A stretch of 64,000 nucleotides of DNA from Intoshia linei (taxonomy: Eukaryota; Animalia; Orthonectida): contig LWCA01000056.1 of NCBI GenBank assembly GCA_001642005.1, positions 1,582 to 65,581 on the forward strand, in the 5' to 3' direction. Below the pieces are notes generated by a model, which made no database searches, had not been told where the DNA came from, and worked only from the letters and a program-made list of their open reading frames with translations. The position numbers and the translations under genes were made by a program. This document shows, piece after piece, positions 58,912-64,000 of the stretch. The stretch's first letter is position 1; every line of letters begins with the position of its first letter.

Positions 58912-60215
58912 CACTATTTATTTTAATTGATGAATATAAATTTAAAATGTATTTTAAAATGTTTTGATATATTCAAATCTTCAGTCTTGTAATTTAATCA
59001 AAATATATATTTAGTATTCCCACATTTATCATTTACTTGCCATTCTAATATTTATTTAATTTTATCAAATAAATATCCAATTAATGTTTACTTTTATCAT
59101 CTTAAATAAAGTTTTTACCATATCCTTACTAATATAATGTAAACTATAATATGTATATTTTAAATTCTAGATTCTAGAATACAGAGATCATTAATTTTGA
59201 TAAATTTATTCAATTTTTTTTAACATTGTTTAATTACGTTGGGTCAATGTTTTTAATACAATTATTCGATTTATTCCAAATTTGGAATAAGTGTGTAATA
59301 ATATTTGTATTATATTAATACAGTATAACCTCCACTATTCACCCAAAATAGAGAGTTGATACAATCCTAAAAATTGTCATAAATAGCAAAATTCCAGAAA
59401 AAATAAAATTATAAAAACAAATTTTGTTATTTTTAATGTGATAATATATATTCTGTACCAATTGAATAAATAATTAAAAATACCAATTATGTATCAATAA
59501 TTAACGCAATCTGCACTTTAGAAACATATTTTAGATGAATTTTACCAATATTGCAAAGCATTGTAATAAATATAAAAATGATAATAAAAAAGTTGTATTA
59601 CTTTTAGTAATTCGTTGTTGTAGTTTTAATTTAAATTTTAAATAAAATGTTTTGAAAATGAGAATTTGAGAATCAAAAATTGCTTAGCAATGAAAAAAAT
59701 TCCTAAGAAATGAATTATATAGATTATTAAATTTATCCTCAAAAATTATACTATAGTCTCATAATACAACACAGAGTTCCCCCAATAACGGTACTCCAAA
59801 AATTTTGACAAATTCCAAGTCAATTTATTACGTTTTTTATCAATTTTTTTAGGGTTGACTAGTTATTTCGGTTTAATGGTCCGCAATAAATTTTATGATT
59901 TATTATCTGTCCGCCGTGAAAAAAGTGTGGGAACCCCTCATATAACAGTTTACATGTAACAGTTAATAGCAATAATACAATTTTTAATCAATATTTTGAA
60001 GCTCTATGAGAACAACGAAAATTTTACTGTGACCATGTTGAGAATCACTGTTCTACACATTTTTTAATGATTAAACAATTAAACTTTAATCGATCGTTTA
60101 TTATGTAAAAATGAAAAATATCAATTAAAAATTGCATTGGTCATCATAATAAAAAATTTTCAAACATTACCTATTAATAATGACTCACTCACTCCACTGT
60201 CCTGTATACATAAAG

Positions 60216-60496
60216 CAGCGATTCTCAACATACTTCACAGTTGGTACCCCTAAACTAAAAAAAATATAATTTGGTACCCCATAATAATTTCTATTTATTG
60301 TAACTATAATACCATGTGAATTAAAAAAATCAAATAAAATAAATAGTTAGTTAAACTCTACTTCATCAAAAATAGATACATAAATGTATTATGAAATTTT
60401 AAAAATATTTATAATTTATGAATCATAAAGTGAGTCATAGGATAAGACGAATTGGTACCCCTAGGGGTACCAGTACCTCCCATTTGAGAACCGCTA
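60216..60496. mobile_element. hAT MITE
   Basis: TIRs CAGCGATTCTCAA...TTGAGAACCGCTA; perfect TSD ACATAAAG; repeated TTGGTACCCC motifs. Confidence 0.85.
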
Positions 60497-61255
60497 ACAT
60501 AAAGTGTAGTACGTTGTATATTACATTTTTCAACAACTTTAATTTATTATTATAATAAAAACAAAAAAAATTAATTGCCATATTATAATAAGGTAGTTAT
60601 CAAAAGGTGAGTTCACCTAAGGGTGAATTTTACTATTTGATTTTATATGCAAACAATCAGTTTATAACTTTGTACGAATTTTACGTGAATGTTTAAATAC
60701 ATTTATATAGCTCCAAGATTTGAATACTTTCAGATAATTTAAATTTTAATGATTGTATTTATAAATGTATTTGGATAAATAAAATTTTAAGTCAAGTTTG
60801 CAAACAACGCCAAAGGGTTAAGTAAAATGAATTGTTTACAATTTCTACTATTTATGACTTATTTTTAATCAATAAGTAAACAAATTAATTTGATTTAATT
60901 GTAAATGTCACATACAGTAAATTTACAAAAAAAAACTATGCAAATATACTATGCTATATACATCTTGATAATAGGTATTATAGATAAATAATCAAGTGAA
61001 TCTTTTTAGTTTTCTTTATCGTTAGAAAAATTAGATTATATGGTATGAAAAAATAAATAATATTTCATTCATTTCATAGAATTTTGTGGCAATTATTGGT
61101 GTAAAACGTATGGAGATTGCGGTATAACTGCTTGTGTTTGTTCAATGATGTATATGCATAAAGGTTTATTAACCGATAAATGCATAATGAAGGGTATTAC
61201 TTTTTATATATGAAATTAATTATTATGAGTGAAATAACATCATGAGCGTATACAT

Positions 61256-61490
61256 CAGGGGTCGGCAACGTTTTGCATCTCGTGAGCCACTTTGTTATGT
61301 CAAAAAAATAATACGGGCCTCATTTATGAAAATTTACACATGATATATTTCAACTTTAATTAAAAGCAACGATTTTAGTATATTCAACAAAATAAAATAA
61401 ATAAGTTGAAAAATATAAAACTAAATAATTTACATATTTAATCACAGTGTCACCAAAATTATTCTGTGAGCCACTGGTTACCGACCCCTG
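61256..61490. mobile_element. hAT MITE
   Basis: TIRs CAGGGGTCGGCAAC...GTTACCGACCCCTG; TSD GTATACAT/ATATACAT. Confidence 0.85.
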
Positions 61491-62228
61491 ATATACATTG
61501 TATACAGTCAATTTCCAATTTTTTGGAATTTTTAGATGAATATTTAAATTTTCATTTTTAATTAAAAATTTGTTGATAAATTATGAGTTTAATGAAATTG
61601 TTTATACATATTGTGTATCAAATTAACCATCATAAAACCAAGAATTGGCACTTAATCACCAAGGATCACATGGAAATAAATGAATAAACAAATGAAACGT
61701 TTCACTATTATACATGTTATTAGGTTGACTGATATGTTTGATATTAGGTTGTACTGATATGTATACTAGATATACTATGTACTACGTACAACCAGCATCT
61801 AGGTCAGCCGAGGCCACATTTTTATTCTATAAAAAAAATAAATTCACGTTGAAAATCTAACTTAAAAATCCTACTATTTACTATTATCGATCCTTTAAAA
61901 GGAGTTGTTCCCAAACTTGTTTCAAGTGGAACCGTTATATCACATTACTTTTAACTTTAAAGTGAATTATTCTATCTTAATTTTTTGTTTGTTAACATTT
62001 GCGTACAAAATTTTTAAAACAATTGTCATCATATTTTTTTAATTTATTAGACAGAATGTGTATAATATTAAAAATAAAGTAAAAACAGTCCAATCCTAAA
62101 AATTGTCATAAATAGCATAAATTCGGAAAAAATATAATTATAAAAACCTATTTTGACATTTTCAATGTGATAATATATATTCAATATCAATTTAATAAAT
62201 ACTTAAAATGCCAATTATATATCAATAA

Positions 62229-63390
62229 CACAGTACAACACTAAAAAAAGAGATTAATCAAATCTATATAATTATGATCTCATAATCATAATATAATGAT
62301 TGATAAAATATTAATAGATAATTAAATCTAGTTTCCGAGATATAGGCCAAATAAAATTAACTAATCAAAATTGAGTTGCTATTTAGATATGAGATAAAAT
62401 AAATTTTGTTTACTTTGCGGATCTTTTTTATTTAAGACAAAGAAAAAATATTTACATTTATTATTAATGTTAATGATACAAACAAATGTGGCGAATTTTA
62501 TACAAAATTTTATGGTCGAATACCACATCTAAAATGGATTCCTAAATATATTTGCAATTTTTGTTATAGAAATTTAATAAAAAGTAAAAAATATTTCAAT
62601 ACTCCCAGAATATGGACTCTACCAAATTGTAAAGGTGATTGTTATTATTGCTACGTATATGAAAATATTAATTTAAAAAAGGTGAAAAACTGGAAGATTT
62701 ACCCTACATTGCTATCATCAACAATCCCATATATCAATTAATCTCAAGAGGAGTTGACTACCTCATCATCTTATATCGATACAAGTAATTCTTCTGATTT
62801 GTTAAATGTTCCCAGCTTTACTAAAGAAACACATCATCCACATATGGACGATTTAAACCAAATTATCACTTTAGCTAATATGTCCAAAAATGTGAGTGAA
62901 AAAGTTGTTTCGAAGATCAAATCGTGGGGTATTACCGACAATGATGTCAGATCTACGTTACATCGTATAAGAGGTAAGGAATACAGAAGTTTTTATGTTA
63001 CTGAAGATCATTTGATATATTGTAGCAATCTTCAAGGTCTCATGGATATATTAAATATCGATAATATATATATATGATGATTGGTATATTTTTCTAGCTG
63101 GGTGTACATCAAGTTTGAAGTTTATCATTCTCAATTCCAAAGGATGTTACTTTTAATAAAATGTAAGTGTAAAAACGATTTAGTAATTTTAATTCAAGAC
63201 AATAAAACAAATAATTAAATAATCTATGGATACTATCTATAGTGAACATATGTTTACTACATTACTATCCAATTATATTAGCATACTCACGAAAATATAA
63301 GGAGTCATATGATAACATGAAAATATTTTTTTTACGAATTCAATATCATTCATACAAATGGATGATAATAGCAGATCTAAAAATATTTGG
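62229..63390 (+). mobile_element. Chapaev3-like transposon, 5' half with a frameshifted transposase
   Basis: TAA|CACAGTACAACA terminus. Remnants YICNFC, TPRIW..DCYYC, DDLNQII..MSK..KIKSWG, LIYCSNLQGLM, DWYIFL..SSLKFIIL, KESYDNMK..IQY..WMIIADLK. Confidence 0.78.
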
Positions 63391-64000
63391 AACTGGAACT
63401 AAAAAAAAACTACTAAAAACTGGAAAAATATTTAATTTAATTATTGATATAATCAACCAAAAAAATTAATTTTTATATTATTTTCTTCAGTTTAATTCAA
63501 TTAAAAATAATCAATTTTTGTATTCAATAATGATTGATTGAGGAACATTTAATCTAATGTGTAGAAGCTGAAATATTCTTCGTTACAACAATATATTTTA
63601 TTGACCAAACGGAATGTTGACACAATGTGATATTTGGAATAACATTATGCAATAATGCAATATAATGGAATACCAAAGATATTTTATGACATGCCATAAA
63701 ATTTATACTCCACATTAGTAATATAGTTTGGCAAACTTTTTAAATATTTTGGAGAATTGTATTGGTGCGTTATCTTGCTAAATTATCCAACTTGATCCTC
63801 CAATTGTAAAACCGTTGTTTAATATTCGATTTTTTTAACATTTTTATGTATCCACTTGAATTTAAACGTCCATTAATTACTTCTAAATGGAGTTTCCGTT
63901 ATAATCGAACGTCGAAACCGCCAAATCGAAGATATTCAATCAACAAATTCAGGTAATATTTATAGTTTTTGAAAAATGCATTATATATTAATATTATTAT

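Overview
This is very AT-rich, gene-dense eukaryotic (animal-like) genomic DNA read in the standard code. Introns fall into two classes: many are tiny (about 35-70 nt) and a few are 0.3-3.8 kb and packed with nested DNA transposons. The compact, divergent style suggests a reduced invertebrate such as an orthonectid; that is inference only. Hand-spliced genes in order: MCM10 (+, 5' end outside the window), a short RNase H1 (-), RNase H2 subunit A (+), yippee-like (-), katanin p60 (+), PDE4 (+), PP1 catalytic subunit (-), mitochondrial ribosomal protein L4 (+), a partly disrupted EGF-repeat gene (+) and a divergent CYRI/FAM49 (-). A complete SRP (7SL) RNA gene sits inside an RNASEH2A intron. Mobile DNA includes Tc1, Chapaev3, Buster- and Ac-type hAT MITEs, Helitron, piggyBac and pogo relics. 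Main highlights: (1) RNase H1 and RNase H2A lie head-to-head, next to MCM10; (2) this RNase H1 lacks the hybrid-binding domain and has a DEDH active site; (3) most 5' splice sites lack the +5 G; (4) convergent genes have stop codons only 22-47 bp apart. All gene models, alignments and counts were made by eye; no searches were run.
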